From positions 768,001 through 832,000 of the forward strand of contig CAWGAA010000001.1 in the NCBI GenBank assembly GCA_963820525.1: a DNA stretch of 64,000 nt, written 5' to 3'. The position numbers and the translations under genes are program-made. Numbering within the stretch: position 1 is the first letter of the stretch; each line of letters begins with the position of its first letter. The notes under the pieces are model-generated. The model was not told the origin of the DNA, made no database searches, and worked only from the letters and a program-made list of their open reading frames with translations. This stretch comes from an uncultured Spirochaetota bacterium (GTDB taxonomy: Bacteria > Spirochaetota > Spirochaetia > SZUA-6 > Fen-1364). This document shows, in pieces, positions 32,680-43,939 of the stretch.

Positions 32680-34621
32680 CCCATCTTCGACACTTTGACC
32701 CATCTTCGACACTTTGAGCGTCTCCAGGAAGCCGTACCCCTCGAATTTGCAGGGAATTTGAAGGTTTTTTTACAACCGGACCACTTTATGTAGTGCCACG
32801 GAATTGGCAATTTATGAAGAAAATACTTGCATAGATGCCATCTTCATGGTAGTATCCGTAGAGGGGGGGCAGGCAATGTTCGTCCGCATCAAGAACTCGC
32901 ACGGATACAAGTACCTTCAGATCGTTGAAAGCAAGCGTGAGGGCAAAAAGGTCAAACAACGTGTCCTCACCACCCTCGGCCAACTGGATGCACTCACCGC
33001 ATCAGGCAAGATCGATGCCCTCACCCGATCGCTGGCGAAGTTCTCCTCGATTCGAACGATCATCGATGCTCACCGCGAGGGCACCATCCAAGCGCACCGC
33101 ACACTGTCCATCGGTCCCGCCCTTCTCTTCGACCGATTGTGGCAGCAGTTGGGGATCAAAGAGGCGATAAAGGGCCAAGTGGCCGCTCGCCCATGGCGCT
33201 TCTCCTTGGAACGGGCGATCTTCCTCACCGTGCTGCACCGCCTCTTCGATCCGGGAAGCGACCGCGCGGCAGAGCGCTGGAAAGAGGATTTCCAGATCAG
33301 CGGGACAGAGGGAATCGAGCTTCATCACCTCTACCGCGCCATGGGCTGGCTGGGAGAACAGAGCATCCAGCTCGGCCATGATGCGCGAAGCCTGCGATGC
33401 CGAAAGGACCTCATCGAAGAGGAGCTTTTTCGCCGTAACCGCGATCTGTTCAGCGAGTTGGAGCTGGTGTTCTTCGACACCACGAGCCTGTACTTCGAGG
33501 GGCAAGGGGGAGAAAGCCTGGGACAGTACGGGCACAGCAAGGACCACAGACCCGACCTGAAACAGATGGTGGTCGGCGCGGTGCTGGACGGGGCAGGGCG
33601 GCCGATCTGCTGCGAGCTGTGGCCAGGGAACCTCACCGATGTCACCTCCCTTATCCCGGTGGTCGAGCGACTGAAGAGCCGCTTCGCAATCGCTTCGGTA
33701 TGCGTGGTGGCAGACCGCGGGATGATAAGCGCAGAGACGATCGAGAAACTTGAAACTGATGAGCTTGGCATGTCCTACATCCTGGGAGCGCGCATGCGCA
33801 AGGACAAGACGGTACGCGATGAAGTGCTTCCTTCCTCTGAGAAGTTCCAAGTAGTCACAGGAGAGAAGAAGAAGCCTGGGGATCCCTCCCCCCTATCGGT
33901 GCGGGAGCAGTGGGTGGGGGATAGGCGTTACATCGTGTGTTACAACGAGGATCAGGCCCGAAAGGATGCCGCGGACAGAAAGGCCATCGTGGAGTCTTTG
34001 AAAGAGAAGCTCAAAAGCGGGGACAAGAGCCTCGTGGGCAATAAGGGCTACAGGCGATACCTGAAGTCCGCTGGAAAGGAGCACTTCACCGTCGACGAGG
34101 CGAAGCTCGCGAAGGAGCAGCTGTTCGACGGCATGTGGGTGCTGCGCACCAATACCGCGTTTGCCGCCGCGGATGTGGCACTGAAGTACAAGCAGCTGTG
34201 GATGGTGGAATCGATATTCCGTTCGGCCAAGAGTCTTCTGGAGACCCGCCCTATCTATCACAAAGTTGACGACACCATCCGGGGGCACGTGTTCTGTAGT
34301 TTCCTCGCCTTGGTTCTTCGAAAAGAGCTGGAAACCAGACTTGAGAAGCACGGGGACAAGCTGGAGTGGGCGGATATCAATAGGGACCTTCGAGCACTGC
34401 AGGAGGTGGAAGTGGAAATGCATGGCAAAAAGCTGTATCTGCGCACCGACCTTCGCGGGGTATGCCACACGGTATTGCAGGCCGCGGGTGTCGCAGTGCC
34501 GCAGACGGTTCGCGAATAAGAGCTACCACGGAGGAAGTTGATCTGTAGTGCCAACAGAATTTCCGTGTCTTCTAATTCCTTATAGGGTAAACATTTCATT
34601 TTTCAAAGTGTCGAAGATGGG
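32680..34621 (+). mobile_element. IS1634-family element
   Basis: IR CCCATCTTCGACACTTTG and 5-bp TSD TTAGG; left IR is tandemly duplicated. Confidence 0.9.
32876..34519 (+). CDS. IS1634 transposase
   Basis: MFVRIK..YLQIVES, FFDTTSLYFEG, GHSKDHRPD, VADRG and RPIYH motifs. Confidence 0.92.
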   Translation: MFVRIKNSHGYKYLQIVESKREGKKVKQRVLTTLGQLDALTASGKIDALTRSLAKFSSIRTIIDAHREGTIQAHRTLSIGPALLFDRLWQQLGIKEAIKGQVAARPWRFSLERAIFLTVLHRLFDPGSDRAAERWKEDFQISGTEGIELHHLYRAMGWLGEQSIQLGHDARSLRCRKDLIEEELFRRNRDLFSELELVFFDTTSLYFEGQGGESLGQYGHSKDHRPDLKQMVVGAVLDGAGRPICCELWPGNLTDVTSLIPVVERLKSRFAIASVCVVADRGMISAETIEKLETDELGMSYILGARMRKDKTVRDEVLPSSEKFQVVTGEKKKPGDPSPLSVREQWVGDRRYIVCYNEDQARKDAADRKAIVESLKEKLKSGDKSLVGNKGYRRYLKSAGKEHFTVDEAKLAKEQLFDGMWVLRTNTAFAAADVALKYKQLWMVESIFRSAKSLLETRPIYHKVDDTIRGHVFCSFLALVLRKELETRLEKHGDKLEWADINRDLRALQEVEVEMHGKKLYLRTDLRGVCHTVLQAAGVAVPQTVRE

Positions 34622-34767
34622 TTAGGAATAAAGTATTATCTCTTTCTGAAGAAGGATATGAAAATGATCCTTCAATAATTACTGCAAAAATATTGACGAA
34701 AAATCACAGATAAAGATATTAGTAAAAAAAGAAAGCACATAACATGCTGTTGGAGTTGACCGCCTAG

Positions 34768-36508
34768 CCCACATTTCTCACAAATAGCGTAGCTGAATCT
34801 CAAGAACGCATAGAATGTGCTTCGGTACTATTGGGATGAATCTTCAAAGCTGCGGGAGACTCCGAAACCCACTTTTCAGATGTTTCAAGATCTCCTGCAT
34901 GCCACATTCCGTGAAAAACGTCTTGAACTGTCCACAGAAGTGGACCTCAGGGCATAAGGATCCCGCTGAGCTTATGCCTCGAGTGGGTAGTTCAGCTACC
35001 CTGTCTGAAATACAGCCGTTCTGATTCGATAGATCGCCTGACGGAAGAGCTCTTGGTAGGGATAGCCGCTTGCGAAGCTCACATAGATGCGACGTACGCT
35101 CAGACGGACCTGCGCGCCGATCTTCAACACCTTCAGCCGAATCGTGTCACACTGCGCAGTGGCAAGCTCCGTACCCTTCAAGGCAATCCTTCGCAACGCG
35201 CTCATGATCAGGTATGCCACGGAGGAAAACCACAACCGCAGCTGGTTTGCCCTCATCGTCGCGGAGCTGGTCCGGTCCGCGAAAAGGTAGAGTTGTTGTT
35301 CCTTGATACGGTTTTCCATGTCCCCTCGGGCGCAGTATAGATCCTCATAGAGTGCTTGAGCAGGGAACCGGTCCTGAGGGAGGGAGGTGACGACAAACCG
35401 CGGGTTCTCCCCCTTGAGCAGGTACTCCGCTTTGGCAACAACGCGCCTGCTTTTCGACCAGGTCTTCTTCGTGCGGTACATCAACTCGGCGTATCTTCGC
35501 TGCGGCAGCCCCGTGGATATGCACTGCCGCCTGGATTCGGATAGTTGCCGACGGATCTTGCGCAACAAACGCTGGTTTTTCGCGATTCCGAACAGGAAAT
35601 CCACGTCGTTTCCCTCGCACCAGCTCATGATCGCTTCACGGCAGAACCCGCTGTCTGCCCGTGCAATAATGCGCACATCAGGCCACCGCTCCCGGATCTG
35701 GGCCACGATTCTGGCCAACTCCACCTCGGCGCCCGCGCTGGCATCTATATTCGAAGGGCGCAACTTTGCGCACAAGAGATGGTCGCCGCAGAAGATGTAC
35801 AGCGGCAGGTAGCAGTAGCAATCGTAGTAGCCATGGAAGAACCTGCCTTCCTGCTCCCCATGCACGGGATCGTCGGTGGCATCAAGATCAAGCACGATTT
35901 CCGCGGGGGGCTGCTGGAAGGAGTCCAGAAAGGCATTCACCAGGAACATCTCCACCATAGTATGGTTGACCGTGATTTTCTTGTACCGGTGTGTGAATAG
36001 ACTCGTCCCGCCGCTTGTCTCTAAACGGTTCAGGGTGCTCTTTCCGGCAAGAGCGTTTCCCTTATCCCGGTTCTGCCGTCTGTTTTCCCCGCTCACATCC
36101 AGTTTCCCGCACACGGCGGCAAGAACGGGATCTTTTCTCAGCCGGTCATGATCGTTGAGGTCTTCGTAGCCAAGGCATATGCCGAATACTCTTTGGCTGA
36201 TCAATTCCTCAACCGTGTGTTCGATATAGCCTTTCTCGCGGTAGTCGGTAAAGCAGTCAGCAAACGCCTTTATGAATCCCGTGGCCTGCTCAAGCTCTCT
36301 GAGAATAAGCGCGCCGGCATCTGAGCTGATCGTGCCCCCATCGAAGTTAGCGACGACCTTTTTCTCTCCGAGGTCTTGAAAGCTGAATAAGGATGGAGTA
36401 CAGTCTGTTTGCATCGTTTGGCCTTTCATTCCTTGTATATTCTGTTTGTGGCAAAGCAATTATACCAGAGTGAAAGGCCTTTTTGTATCTATTTGTGAGA
36501 AATGCGGG
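34768..36508 (-). mobile_element. IS1380-family element copy 1, truncating an attC
   Basis: IR CCC(A/G)CATTTCTCACAAAT; flanks CTAG/CTAA do not match. Confidence 0.9.
34996..36414 (-). CDS. IS1380 transposase
   Basis: FDGG.ISSDAG, LDLDATDDP, RADSGF and RGDMENRIKE motifs. Confidence 0.93.
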   Translation of the reverse strand: MQTDCTPSLFSFQDLGEKKVVANFDGGTISSDAGALILRELEQATGFIKAFADCFTDYREKGYIEHTVEELISQRVFGICLGYEDLNDHDRLRKDPVLAAVCGKLDVSGENRRQNRDKGNALAGKSTLNRLETSGGTSLFTHRYKKITVNHTMVEMFLVNAFLDSFQQPPAEIVLDLDATDDPVHGEQEGRFFHGYYDCYCYLPLYIFCGDHLLCAKLRPSNIDASAGAEVELARIVAQIRERWPDVRIIARADSGFCREAIMSWCEGNDVDFLFGIAKNQRLLRKIRRQLSESRRQCISTGLPQRRYAELMYRTKKTWSKSRRVVAKAEYLLKGENPRFVVTSLPQDRFPAQALYEDLYCARGDMENRIKEQQLYLFADRTSSATMRANQLRLWFSSVAYLIMSALRRIALKGTELATAQCDTIRLKVLKIGAQVRLSVRRIYVSFASGYPYQELFRQAIYRIRTAVFQTG

Positions 36509-36563
36509 CTAAGATATATGCTTTGATCCGAACTGACTTCCATTTCATCAAAGGAGGATAAAT

Positions 36564-37115
36564 ATGCCTTCAAGAGATGATTTCCTTCGAGAATATTTCC
36601 TACAAACCCGACGCGAGATTGACGCGGAAAAGTCTTCTAGAGATCAAATATTAAATTTCGTTATCATATCGCTTGGCGCAATCGGCTTTGCAATTTTTCA
36701 AAGCAGCAATATATTGTCAAATCCACATTCCATAGCAGTTGAATCATCATTGTTAGTTTTTATTACGTCCTTATTTTGGCTACGGCGAAAGAAACTTCAA
36801 CAGATATCAGACAGATGGATTGTTTTGGAGGGGCTGCTACATACAAGAATTAGATTCTTGCCTATAGAAAATAGTCTAGAGACTATTGTTCTTCAAGGCT
36901 TAAAATCTTTCAAATATTCCATTAAAGATTTTATTCTTTGTATTTGCGTTTCTTGTCCTATATATGCTGTTATTGTTTTTTCTTTGACAACCTGGATATC
37001 ACTTCCAACAAATATACTTATTACTGTCGGCATTATTCTTTTTCATGCCTCAATCTTATGGTATATCCTGATTTATCGCCTTTCTTATAAAAGAATCTAT
37101 AATAAATCAAATTGA
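36564..37115 (+). CDS. Hypothetical multi-pass membrane protein
   Basis: SD AAGGAGG; about 4 hydrophobic segments; attC downstream. Confidence 0.75.
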   Translation: MPSRDDFLREYFLQTRREIDAEKSSRDQILNFVIISLGAIGFAIFQSSNILSNPHSIAVESSLLVFITSLFWLRRKKLQQISDRWIVLEGLLHTRIRFLPIENSLETIVLQGLKSFKYSIKDFILCICVSCPIYAVIVFSLTTWISLPTNILITVGIILFHASILWYILIYRLSYKRIYNKSN

Positions 37116-37160
37116 TGTTAAGATCCGCCGCATAACATGCTGTTGGAGTTGACCGCCTAG

Positions 37161-38901
37161 CCCGCATTTCTCACAAATAGATACAAAAAGGCCTTTCACT
37201 CTGGTATAATTGCTTTGCCACAAACAGAATATACAAGGAATGAAAGGCCAAACGATGCAAACAGACTGTACTCCATCCTTATTCAGCTTTCAAGACCTCG
37301 GAGAGAAAAAGGTCGTCGCTAACTTCGATGGGGGCACGATCAGCTCAGATGCCGGCGCGCTTATTCTCAGAGAGCTTGAGCAGGCCACGGGATTCATAAA
37401 GGCGTTTGCTGACTGCTTTACCGACTACCGCGAGAAAGGCTATATCGAACACACGGTTGAGGAATTGATCAGCCAAAGAGTATTCGGCATATGCCTTGGC
37501 TACGAAGACCTCAACGATCATGACCGGCTGAGAAAAGATCCCGTTCTTGCCGCCGTGTGCGGGAAACTGGATGTGAGCGGGGAAAACAGACGGCAGAACC
37601 GGGATAAGGGAAACGCTCTTGCCGGAAAGAGCACCCTGAACCGTTTAGAGACAAGCGGCGGGACGAGTCTATTCACACACCGGTACAAGAAAATCACGGT
37701 CAACCATACTATGGTGGAGATGTTCCTGGTGAATGCCTTTCTGGACTCCTTCCAGCAGCCCCCCGCGGAAATCGTGCTTGATCTTGATGCCACCGACGAT
37801 CCCGTGCATGGGGAGCAGGAAGGCAGGTTCTTCCATGGCTACTACGATTGCTACTGCTACCTGCCGCTGTACATCTTCTGCGGCGACCATCTCTTGTGCG
37901 CAAAGTTGCGCCCTTCGAATATAGATGCCAGCGCGGGCGCCGAGGTGGAGTTGGCCAGAATCGTGGCCCAGATCCGGGAGCGGTGGCCTGATGTGCGCAT
38001 TATTGCACGGGCAGACAGCGGGTTCTGCCGTGAAGCGATCATGAGCTGGTGCGAGGGAAACGACGTGGATTTCCTGTTCGGAATCGCGAAAAACCAGCGT
38101 TTGTTGCGCAAGATCCGTCGGCAACTATCCGAATCCAGGCGGCAGTGCATATCCACGGGGCTGCCGCAGCGAAGATACGCCGAGTTGATGTACCGCACGA
38201 AGAAGACCTGGTCGAAAAGCAGGCGCGTTGTTGCCAAAGCGGAGTACCTGCTCAAGGGGGAGAACCCGCGGTTTGTCGTCACCTCCCTCCCTCAGGACCG
38301 GTTCCCTGCTCAAGCACTCTATGAGGATCTATACTGCGCCCGAGGGGACATGGAAAACCGTATCAAGGAACAACAACTCTACCTTTTCGCGGACCGGACC
38401 AGCTCCGCGACGATGAGGGCAAACCAGCTGCGGTTGTGGTTTTCCTCCGTGGCATACCTGATCATGAGCGCGTTGCGAAGGATTGCCTTGAAGGGTACGG
38501 AGCTTGCCACTGCGCAGTGTGACACGATTCGGCTGAAGGTGTTGAAGATCGGCGCGCAGGTCCGTCTGAGCGTACGTCGCATCTATGTGAGCTTCGCAAG
38601 CGGCTATCCCTACCAAGAGCTCTTCCGTCAGGCGATCTATCGAATCAGAACGGCTGTATTTCAGACAGGGTAGCTGAACTACCCACTCGAGGCATAAGCT
38701 CAGCGGGATCCTTATGCCCTGAGGTCCACTTCTGTGGACAGTTCAAGACGTTTTTCACGGAATGTGGCATGCAGGAGATCTTGAAACATCTGAAAAGTGG
38801 GTTTCGGAGTCTCCCGCAGCTTTGAAGATTCATCCCAATAGTACCGAAGCACATTCTATGCGTTCTTGAGATTCAGCTACGCTATTTGTGAGAAATGTGG
38901 G
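37161..38901 (+). mobile_element. IS1380 copy 2, inside an attC
   Basis: Inverted copy of copy 1; flanks CTAG/CTAG. Confidence 0.92.
37255..38673 (+). CDS. IS1380 transposase
   Basis: Protein identical to copy 1. Confidence 0.93.
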   Translation: MQTDCTPSLFSFQDLGEKKVVANFDGGTISSDAGALILRELEQATGFIKAFADCFTDYREKGYIEHTVEELISQRVFGICLGYEDLNDHDRLRKDPVLAAVCGKLDVSGENRRQNRDKGNALAGKSTLNRLETSGGTSLFTHRYKKITVNHTMVEMFLVNAFLDSFQQPPAEIVLDLDATDDPVHGEQEGRFFHGYYDCYCYLPLYIFCGDHLLCAKLRPSNIDASAGAEVELARIVAQIRERWPDVRIIARADSGFCREAIMSWCEGNDVDFLFGIAKNQRLLRKIRRQLSESRRQCISTGLPQRRYAELMYRTKKTWSKSRRVVAKAEYLLKGENPRFVVTSLPQDRFPAQALYEDLYCARGDMENRIKEQQLYLFADRTSSATMRANQLRLWFSSVAYLIMSALRRIALKGTELATAQCDTIRLKVLKIGAQVRLSVRRIYVSFASGYPYQELFRQAIYRIRTAVFQTG

Positions 38902-39463
38902 CTAGGCTACGCGCTGTGACCACTAACTATGCGCGTTGAAGCCTTTGTACTTGGATGATTCGGGGCGGCAACTCAACAGCGTCGTTATCTCCATCTAGAT
39001 TTATATTGATTAGCAAATAAGCAACGAATTATCAATTCAAGAATATTTGATAAGACGTTTTTCAATATTTTGCTTTCCCATGATGGCGTTGGCATTGGGC
39101 GGGAAGGATGGCGGTGTTGTACTAGTTTGCCTGCTTGTTTTTAGGTTCAACACACTGCGCGTCACCTTGGCTTATTGTCACCGATTACACTATTGGGCTC
39201 GGATCAAGCTCCTTTAATTGATTCGATTGCTCTTTTTCTGCTTTCCTCAACGCCATCATACCGGATGGAGATAACATGTCGTTGCAGCTGACCGCCCAAG
39301 CTACGCGCCGTTATTCGAAACTACGCGCGCTCAGGTATTTCCTCTTTTTGAGGCGGGGCGGCAGCTGAACTCCTTGTTGTGCGGGCTCTACGGCTCTGTG
39401 GGGGCGGCACCTTTCGTGAATGCTCGAGTGGTCATCGACCGTCCCTTCCCGAGGGAGGTAATC

Positions 39464-39988
39464 ATGATACGTCAGTCGCGGCCTGTTGATTTCGATGCGA
39501 TCTACACGATCATCAACAATGCAGCAATTGCCTACAAAGGTATCATTCCAGACGACAGATGGCACGATCCCTATATGACTCGGGCGGAGCTGCATGAGCA
39601 AATTGACGGCGGCGTAAAGTTCTCCTGCTACTGTGAAGATGATGAGGTTCTTGGCGTAATGGGGATCCAGGACAAGAATGACGTCTTTCTAATACGGCAT
39701 GCATATGTTCTTACAACCAGCCGGAACAAGGGAATTGGAACAAAGCTCCTAAAGGAACTAACACGCAACTCGGAAAAACCTGTTTTGATCGGAACCTGGA
39801 AAGCCGCAACATGGGCAATTGGCTTCTATCTTAAGAATGATTTCAAGCTTGTCACGGAAGAAGAGAAGGGAGTTCTGTTGAGGAAGTACTGGAGTATTCC
39901 GGAAAGGCAAGTTGAAACCTCAGTGGTTCTTGCAGATGGAAAGTATGAAAAGGCAAAAGCCAAGCTCTTATCGCCAGGTTCAGGCTGA
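39464..39988 (+). CDS. GNAT family N-acetyltransferase
   Basis: RNKGIGTKLL and AIGFYLKNDF motifs; SD GGAGG. Confidence 0.9.
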   Translation: MIRQSRPVDFDAIYTIINNAAIAYKGIIPDDRWHDPYMTRAELHEQIDGGVKFSCYCEDDEVLGVMGIQDKNDVFLIRHAYVLTTSRNKGIGTKLLKELTRNSEKPVLIGTWKAATWAIGFYLKNDFKLVTEEEKGVLLRKYWSIPERQVETSVVLADGKYEKAKAKLLSPGSG

Positions 39989-40264
39989 AATGACCTTAGC
40001 AGGCATGATCGAATAGCCCTATCTATGTGGACATCGCCGTAGGATCAGGGCTTAAGGAGAGCCGCACAACAAGTCGTTGAAGCCGACCCCTTGACATCCG
40101 GCTGAAAGTGGGGCAGCGGATTCGTAAAAGCCGTCACGGTTGATCTGATGCGGCGGGGCGGCTTAACTCCATGTTACACCCACCCAAAGCTCTTCACTTA
40201 TTGATATCTAATTTATTGCAAAGTAGATTCAAATACTTTTCTATCTTAAAGAAGGGGGTTTTAC

Positions 40265-40801
40265 ATGAAACGTACTCTTGCTGGTCTTTGTCTTTTACTC
40301 ACTGTTTTTACTGGATGTGCAACAATGAAAGAGAGAGAAAATTCGAGTTCCTCTTTTATAATTGCATATTTTAAGCCTCCTGAAGGAGATAGATTTGGAG
40401 GTGGTGATATTCGTCCTTTTGGACAAGTTATTGCCGCGCCTTTACAATATAGTTCTTTAGATGAAGGTTATTATTATGCAGCAAATGTCTCTCCAGGAAA
40501 GTATTACATTCAATCCGTAGACATGTTCTCCCTTTTAGGAAGAAAGACAAAGTATTATTTTGGAACAGTACAGATAGGTGGGTATGAGCAATCATCATTT
40601 ACTGTTGGATCTAACGAAGTTAAATTTCTTGGAGCTTTTACTTTTAAAGAAACCGGCAAAGTAGACATTTTCGGTGTACACGAATCAAAGATTGTTATGG
40701 ATAATAATATAACCGCCAAGGACTGCATTAAATATATTCTTAACAAGATAACGGCTGCTACCTGGAAACAAAGACTTACTGAAGAATTGAATAGATTATA
40801 A
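40265..40801 (+). CDS. Hypothetical lipoprotein
   Basis: MKR, hydrophobic stretch and FTGC lipobox. Confidence 0.8.
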   Translation: MKRTLAGLCLLLTVFTGCATMKERENSSSSFIIAYFKPPEGDRFGGGDIRPFGQVIAAPLQYSSLDEGYYYAANVSPGKYYIQSVDMFSLLGRKTKYYFGTVQIGGYEQSSFTVGSNEVKFLGAFTFKETGKVDIFGVHESKIVMDNNITAKDCIKYILNKITAATWKQRLTEELNRL

Positions 40802-40903
40802 AATCCTCATGTACTCTTTTCCTTTAGCTCTATTTCTATATAAATTATGACTCAAACCCCAAGATAATTAGAATTATTGAAAATCTGGTTTTTACTTGGT
40901 GGG

Positions 40904-41989
40904 CCTGAATTCAACCTCGAAGTGCAACGATTCTTATTTTTCATGATACACCTCCTGGGGCGTTCTGTAGCCGTGCCGTTTTCTAGGCCTTGAGTTTAGG
41001 CTAAAGGCAATCTGCTCGCATAGAGCTTGAGTGACATCCCTCATGCAGGTTTTCTTTGGAAGATACTGACGGATCAAACCGTTTAGGTTCTCGTTGCTGC
41101 CTCGCTCCCAGGAATGATAAGGCGTTGCAAAGTAGCATTTCAGTTCGGAATGATCCTCCAGGGTCCTGTAGTCATGGAATTCTGTACCGTTGTCCAAGGT
41201 GAGTGTCTTGAAGTTGGCTACGTTCTCCCTAATAGCCGGCAGTGCTGCCTCTGTTACTGAGGCTGCTGTTCTTGAGCTCATTTTCCTTATGATAGCAAAT
41301 CCCGACTTTCGTTCCACCAGAGTGAGGATGCAGTGATGAAGGTCCCTGCCCATGACGGTGTCGCCCTCCCAATGACCCAATTCTTTACGAGTTTCAACCT
41401 CTGGAGGCCTCGTTGAAATATGGCGTTTTCCTGGGAGAATTCCTCTTGAATCCCTTGAATTGTAACGTTTTCGCCGCAGTTTCGGCATGATTCGAAGGTT
41501 CTTAAATAGCGTTCCTCCATGTTTCTTATCGTTCAGGATGTACTTGTAGATGGTCTCGTGACTGATTGTGAATGATCCATTCTTCTTCTGGTAAGCAGAT
41601 ATCTGTTCAGGGCTCCATTTCTCTTTCAAAAGAACAGTTACTTGCTGCATTTGTTCTGGGCTGAAGCGCGAACCGCGCCTTTCACGTCGCCGTCTTGCAG
41701 TTGAATAGCTTTGGGCAAGCTCAGCTCGGTACCTCAAGTCATGGTTAGTTCGGTTTCGATGAAGTTCCCTGCTGATCGTGCTAGCTGAGCGACCTAGCTC
41801 ACGTGCAATGTCAGCTTTAGATCTTCGGCTTACTAAAAAAGCTGTTATGGTGTATCTTTCTTCTCGAGAGAGTTGGTGATAGTTATTCATGTATGAATCC
41901 CCTTTCTTGGCGGAAAATGGAGGCATACAATAATATCTCAGCTCTCTCATTTTTAATCCATATCGTTGCGCTTACTATTTGAACCTGCG
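40904..41989 (-). mobile_element. IS30 copy 6, at attC R''
   Basis: Flanks GGG/GGG. Confidence 0.93.
40934..41890 (-). CDS. IS30 transposase
   Basis: Protein identical to copy 1. Confidence 0.93.
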   Translation of the reverse strand: MNNYHQLSREERYTITAFLVSRRSKADIARELGRSASTISRELHRNRTNHDLRYRAELAQSYSTARRRRERRGSRFSPEQMQQVTVLLKEKWSPEQISAYQKKNGSFTISHETIYKYILNDKKHGGTLFKNLRIMPKLRRKRYNSRDSRGILPGKRHISTRPPEVETRKELGHWEGDTVMGRDLHHCILTLVERKSGFAIIRKMSSRTAASVTEAALPAIRENVANFKTLTLDNGTEFHDYRTLEDHSELKCYFATPYHSWERGSNENLNGLIRQYLPKKTCMRDVTQALCEQIAFSLNSRPRKRHGYRTPQEVYHEK

Positions 41990-42904
41990 GGGTGTAACAT
42001 GCTGTTGGAGTTGACCGCCTAGGCTACGCTTCGTTACCAATAACTACGCGCGTTGAAGCCTTTGTACTTGTATGATTCGGGGCGGCAACTCAACAGCGTC
42101 GTTATATCCAATCTAGATTTATATTGATTATCGAATAGGCAACGAATTAGTAATTCAATAAAAAGAGATAATACGTGTTTCAATAGCTTGTTTAACCATG
42201 ATGGCGTTGGCATTGCTCTGGAAGGATGGCGGTGTTGTACTAATGTTGCTTGCTTGCTCTTAGTTTCAATACACTGCACGTCACCGTGGCTTAATGGTCA
42301 ACGATTTCATTATAGGGCTCGGATCAAGCTCTTTCTCTTGAAACAACAACTCTTTTCTGTTGTCCTCAACGCCATCATACTGGATGGATATAACATGCTG
42401 TTGGAGTTGTCCGCCTAGGCTACGCGTCGTTACTTATAGCTACGTTTGCTAGGGTTCCTTCGGTTGCTGATTCGGGGCGGCAACTCAACAGCGTCGTTAT
42501 CTCCATCTAGATTTATATTGATTAGCAAATAGGCGACAAATTCTTAATTCAAGAATATTGGATAAGACGTTTTTCAATAGCTTGCTTTCCCATGATGGCG
42601 TTGGCATTGAGCGGGAAGGATGGCGGTGTTGTACTAGTTTGCCTGCTTGTTTTTAGGTTCAATACACTGCTCGTCACCTTGGCTTATTGTCACCGATTAC
42701 ACTATAGGGCTCGGATCAAGTTCTTTTAATTGATTCGATTGCTCTTTTTCTGCTTTCCTCAACGCCATCATACTGGATGTAGATAACATGTCGTTGCAGC
42801 TGACCGCCCAAGCTACGCATCGTCACTTAAAACTACGCGCGCTCAGGTATTTCTTTTTTTGATGCGGGGCGGCAGCTGAACTCCTCGTTATCTCTCCCTA
42901 AGAC

Positions 42905-42933
42905 TTGACTGTTGTGCATATTTTATGCATCAT
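42905..42933 (+). promoter_or_regulatory. sigma70-type promoter of vapBC with palindromic operator
   Basis: TTGACT-17bp-CATCAT; TGCATA-ttt-TATGCA palindrome in the spacer. Confidence 0.6.
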
Positions 42934-42940
42934 TGTGCAT

Positions 42941-43141
42941 ATGAGAACTACTCTTAACATCGACCCTACTCTCCTTAGAGAGGCAACAAGACTAACAGGG
43001 ATATCCGAAAAGACTTCCCTTGTCCGTATGGGCCTTCAGGCCCTGATCTCCAAAGAAAGTTCTAAGCGTTTGGCTGAGCTTGGCGGAACTGAAAAGAGTC
43101 TTCGTTCTATCCCAAGAAGACGACCTAAGAAGACAGCATGA
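42941..43141 (+). CDS. vapB: VapB family antitoxin
   Basis: MRTTLNID..LL.EA motif; overlaps the PIN gene. Confidence 0.88.
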   Translation: MRTTLNIDPTLLREATRLTGISEKTSLVRMGLQALISKESSKRLAELGGTEKSLRSIPRRRPKKTA

Positions 43142-43494
43142 TCCTAGTTGATACTTCTGTTTGGATAGATCATTTTCGAAATGACAATGCAGAGCTGCGC
43201 AAGTTATTAAACAACAATGAAGTTATGACTCACCCTTTTATTATTGGTGAACTTGCTTGCGGACTCATACAAAATAGATCAGAAATACTTAACCTTCTGG
43301 CCGAGTTGCCTGCTGTTATAACGGCAGATCATCAGGAAGTGCTAAAGCTCATCGAATCAAAGAAACTCTATGGTTCTGGAATTGGATTGATTGATGCACA
43401 TTTAATTGCATCAGCGCTAATAACCAAAGTTGGAATCTTCACTCTTGATAAACCTTTGGCAAAAGCAACTTCATATCTTGGAATAAACCAATAA
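43138..43494 (+). CDS. vapC: VapC PIN-domain toxin
   Basis: ILVDTSVWID, GEL, IDAHL and TLDK motifs. Confidence 0.92.
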   Translation: MILVDTSVWIDHFRNDNAELRKLLNNNEVMTHPFIIGELACGLIQNRSEILNLLAELPAVITADHQEVLKLIESKKLYGSGIGLIDAHLIASALITKVGIFTLDKPLAKATSYLGINQ

Positions 43495-43939
43495 ATTTCA
43501 TAGTTATCATAGGATGTTTCATTCAACTGTTGAGAATCTCTATATTCAGTATCCTCATAGAAGGTTATATTGACCCGTTTGGAATAAGTCATGCTTGGAT
43601 ATCAGTTTTCCAGCACATAAAACGAATTAATGAAAGGGAGAGATAACATGCTGTTGGAGTTGACCCCTTAGCCTACGTTTTGAAAGTGTAGCATGTGTTG
43701 CTAAACCGCCACTACCCTGCTTCGGGCGGCGGGGCAACTCAACAGCGTTGTTATCTCCCCCAAGGGAGCATTCAAGTGCGATTGTCAAGACCTCGCACAA
43801 TTAGCGATTTCGGCATCTTGCACCTGTCGACAGGCTGACCAGTCTGCAGATTGGCGATTTTAATTTGCCTATGTTCTTACTGACCCAAATCGATTGAAGT
43901 ACGCTTAGGCATTGCACCTTAGCGTTCAGGGAGAATCCG

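Larger units (their letters stand above)
32218..34713 (+). pseudogene. PD-(D/E)XK nuclease-like gene split by IS1634
   Basis: EIDLLA...EAKS motif; the frame resumes after the IS (RNKVLSLSEEGYEND...) and ends at TAA 34713. Confidence 0.8.
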
